This document shows, one piece after another, positions 60,936 through 64,000 of a stretch of DNA of 64,000 nt; positions within the stretch are counted from its first letter, which is position 1; each line of letters begins with the position of its first letter. Made by a program: the position numbers and the translations under genes. This DNA comes from Thermodesulfobacteriota bacterium (GTDB lineage Bacteria > Desulfobacterota > GWC2-55-46 > JADFVP01): contig JBHHVI010000002.1 of assembly GCA_046754225.1 (NCBI GenBank), positions 7,810 to 71,809 on the forward strand. The letters are read 5' to 3'. The notes beneath the pieces were generated by a model. It made no database searches and was not told where the DNA came from. It saw only the letters and a program-made list of their open reading frames with translations.

Positions 60936-62552
60936 TTATTTCTTTTCCCTTTCCAGTATGGGGTACGCTATGTTCGTTATGTAAGAGTTTATCCTCTTGA
61001 GGTTCGCGAGTATGTCCAGGTGTATGGAGGTCGTCTCGACGGTTTCCCTCAAACCCCTGTGCAGCCTTTTTATGTGAGCCTGCCTGAGTTCCCTCTCCAT
61101 CTCGGAGGTTTTATCCTTCCTGCTTATGAGCCTTCTCGCCAGTTCCGTGTCGCTCGCGGTAAATGTGGCCACTCCGAGTTCGAAGTTCTCCACCACCTTG
61201 GCGTGGAATTGCCTTATCTCGGCGAGCCCCTCCTTTGAAAAGGAGAGGTGGCCCCTCAGCCTCTTTCTCGCTATCTCCATGAGGTTTTTGTCAATGACAT
61301 CGCCAATATTTTCCATGTTATCGGAGAAGAGTATTATCTCAAGCTCCCTCGCGGCCTGTTCGTCATTGAGCCCTTCCCTGGACAACCTGGTAAGGTAAAG
61401 TTTAATCTCCCTGTCGAGTATGTCAATATAATCATCCTTTTCTTCGAGTTTTTCTATGGGCCTCAGGTCATCGGCCGTAAAGACGCTTATCGATTTTCTC
61501 AGCATCTCCCTCACTATATCGGACAGCCTTATGCACTCCCTTGAGGACTGCGCGAGAGCCAGGGTGGTCGAGGTCAGCACCATGGGGTCGAGATATTTGG
61601 GGCCGAAGGCGGCGCGCACACCCCTTTCGGGTAGAATCTTTTTTACGAGGTTGGTAAAAGGCACGGTGAAGGGGAGGAATATTACGGCGATGCCGATATT
61701 AAAAAGGGTATGGGCGTTAGCCACCTGTCTCGGCAGGCCCGCGGCCGTAAGCCCGGCGAGCCTCGTAAACGCGCCGAGGAAGGGCAGTATTATGATAACG
61801 CCCAGGATCTTGAACAATATATGGGCAAGGGCCACTCTCTTCGCGTCTACAGGTGCGTTGATGCTCGAAAGAAGCGCCGTGGCGCATGTCCCGATATTAG
61901 CCCCGAGGATTATGGGCATTGCCGCGTCAAGGCTCAGTAGCCCGCTGTGGGCGGCTGTTATGGCGAGGCCCAGGGTTGCGGCGCTGGAGTGAAAAAGGGC
62001 GGTGAAGAGGGCCGAGATTATTATACCGGCGTAAGGGTCTTTGCTCATGGAAATAAGGGCGTCCTTCATGAGCGGATTTTGTGCAACGGGCCCGAAAGTC
62101 GCTATGAGTATCTTCAGGGCCAGGAAGACGAAACCAAAGCCGAGGACGGCTACCCCGGCGTCCTTTGCGCGTCCGCCCTTGGAGAGGAAAGTAAGGAGCA
62201 CACCCGCGCCGATGAGGAGCGGCGCGTAATCATAGACCTTAAAGGCGATTAACTGTACGGTAAAGGTCGTGCCGATATCCGCTCCCAGAATAATGCCCAT
62301 CGTCCCGCTGAGCCCTATCAGGCCCGCGCCGACGAACCCCACGAGCATTACCGTTGTGGCGCTCGAGCTCTGCAGGAGCGCCGTTATCGCGGCGCCCACG
62401 CCGAGGCTCTTGAAGCGGTTGCTCGTGGCCTTGAGGAGAAAATTCTTAAGCCTCGCCCCGGCGGACTTCTGAAGCCCCTCGCCGGCGAGCCTGATGCCGT
62501 AGAGCATAAGCATCACGGCGCCGAAAAAACTTGTAATGGTAATAATGGTCAT
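60936..62552 (-). CDS. Na+/phosphate cotransporter family protein with C-terminal PhoU-like domains
   Basis: 538-aa ORF with a duplicated Na_Pi_cotrans membrane repeat (QSSSATT, HSSAATL) and a helical C-terminal PhoU-like region. Confidence 0.88.
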   Translation of the reverse strand: MTIITITSFFGAVMLMLYGIRLAGEGLQKSAGARLKNFLLKATSNRFKSLGVGAAITALLQSSSATTVMLVGFVGAGLIGLSGTMGIILGADIGTTFTVQLIAFKVYDYAPLLIGAGVLLTFLSKGGRAKDAGVAVLGFGFVFLALKILIATFGPVAQNPLMKDALISMSKDPYAGIIISALFTALFHSSAATLGLAITAAHSGLLSLDAAMPIILGANIGTCATALLSSINAPVDAKRVALAHILFKILGVIIILPFLGAFTRLAGLTAAGLPRQVANAHTLFNIGIAVIFLPFTVPFTNLVKKILPERGVRAAFGPKYLDPMVLTSTTLALAQSSRECIRLSDIVREMLRKSISVFTADDLRPIEKLEEKDDYIDILDREIKLYLTRLSREGLNDEQAARELEIILFSDNMENIGDVIDKNLMEIARKRLRGHLSFSKEGLAEIRQFHAKVVENFELGVATFTASDTELARRLISRKDKTSEMERELRQAHIKRLHRGLRETVETTSIHLDILANLKRINSYITNIAYPILEREKK

Positions 62553-62628
62553 GGCTCTCTCTAATGGTTTTTATAGTAATGATATATCTTATATTTCGTA
62601 AGCGCAAGCGAACTCCGTACCTTTTGCC

Positions 62629-62656
62629 TTGCTTTTCCGGCCCCCGGAAGTATAAT
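62629..62656 (+). promoter_or_regulatory. sigma-70-like promoter upstream of eno
   Basis: TTGCTT-16 nt-TATAAT. The spacer is the perfect hairpin TTCCGG-CCC-CCGGAA. The promoter lies about 105 nt upstream of the eno ATG. Confidence 0.45.
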
Positions 62657-62676
62657 ATCATTCCATGTCCTATTAA

Positions 62677-64000
<1,324 letters not shown>

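Overview
This window is a 64-kb stretch of bacterial chromosome, mostly housekeeping genes transcribed on the minus strand. The gene content is diderm-type (usher, sigma-54 control, DciA-like protein) and the GC content is moderate. Everything here is hand analysis: no database search was run, and small-motif coordinates were hand-indexed and may be off by 1-2 nt.

Genes in order:
- dnaE 5' end (partial at the window edge, missing from the ORF track)
- An iron module: DtxR-like regulator, feoB and fur, followed by tRNA-Gly(GCC)
- A spore-coat-U (Csu/Mcu-type) archaic chaperone-usher pilus locus with a sigma-54 promoter and an embedded sigma-54 activator
- A divergent MoxR / DUF58 / transglutaminase operon
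- A four-gene signalling module: HTH response regulator, transmitter-less HAMP-GAF-PAS membrane sensor, histidine kinase with two degenerate receivers, and a CheY-like protein
- polA
- The conserved ffh-rpsP-KH-rimM-trmD-rplS-rnhB-yraN block
- A small membrane protein plus a DciA-like (DUF721) protein, a TrmN6-like methyltransferase, DUF1015, TfoX and recG
- kup
- The pyrR-pyrB-pyrC-carA-carB operon
- A compact exopolysaccharide cluster: Wzx flippase, two GT4 glycosyltransferases, a priming transferase and ugd
- spoVG, glgB, a PQQ-type sugar dehydrogenase and msrP
- A redox cluster: sthA, wrbA and dienelactone hydrolase
- A LolA-like protein, a Na/Pi cotransporter and eno (partial at the window edge, also missing from the ORF track)

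No mobile elements, CRISPR arrays, rRNA genes or recognisable defence systems were found.

Most noteworthy observations:
1. An unannotated 35-aa ORF with 9 cysteines (metallothionein-like), carrying its own promoter and Shine-Dalgarno sequence, sits between wrbA and the hydrolase gene.
2. The pilus locus appears wired to sigma-54 through an activator whose receiver domain lacks the phospho-acceptor residues. Candidate enhancer palindromes and a perfect TGTGA-N6-TCACA site lie nearby.
3. A Fur box overlaps a promoter that abuts the feoB ATG. This is one of about five promoters whose geometry predicts leaderless or near-leaderless mRNAs.
4. The signalling operon contains pseudo-receiver domains.
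5. Several structured or repeat-bearing non-coding regions are present.
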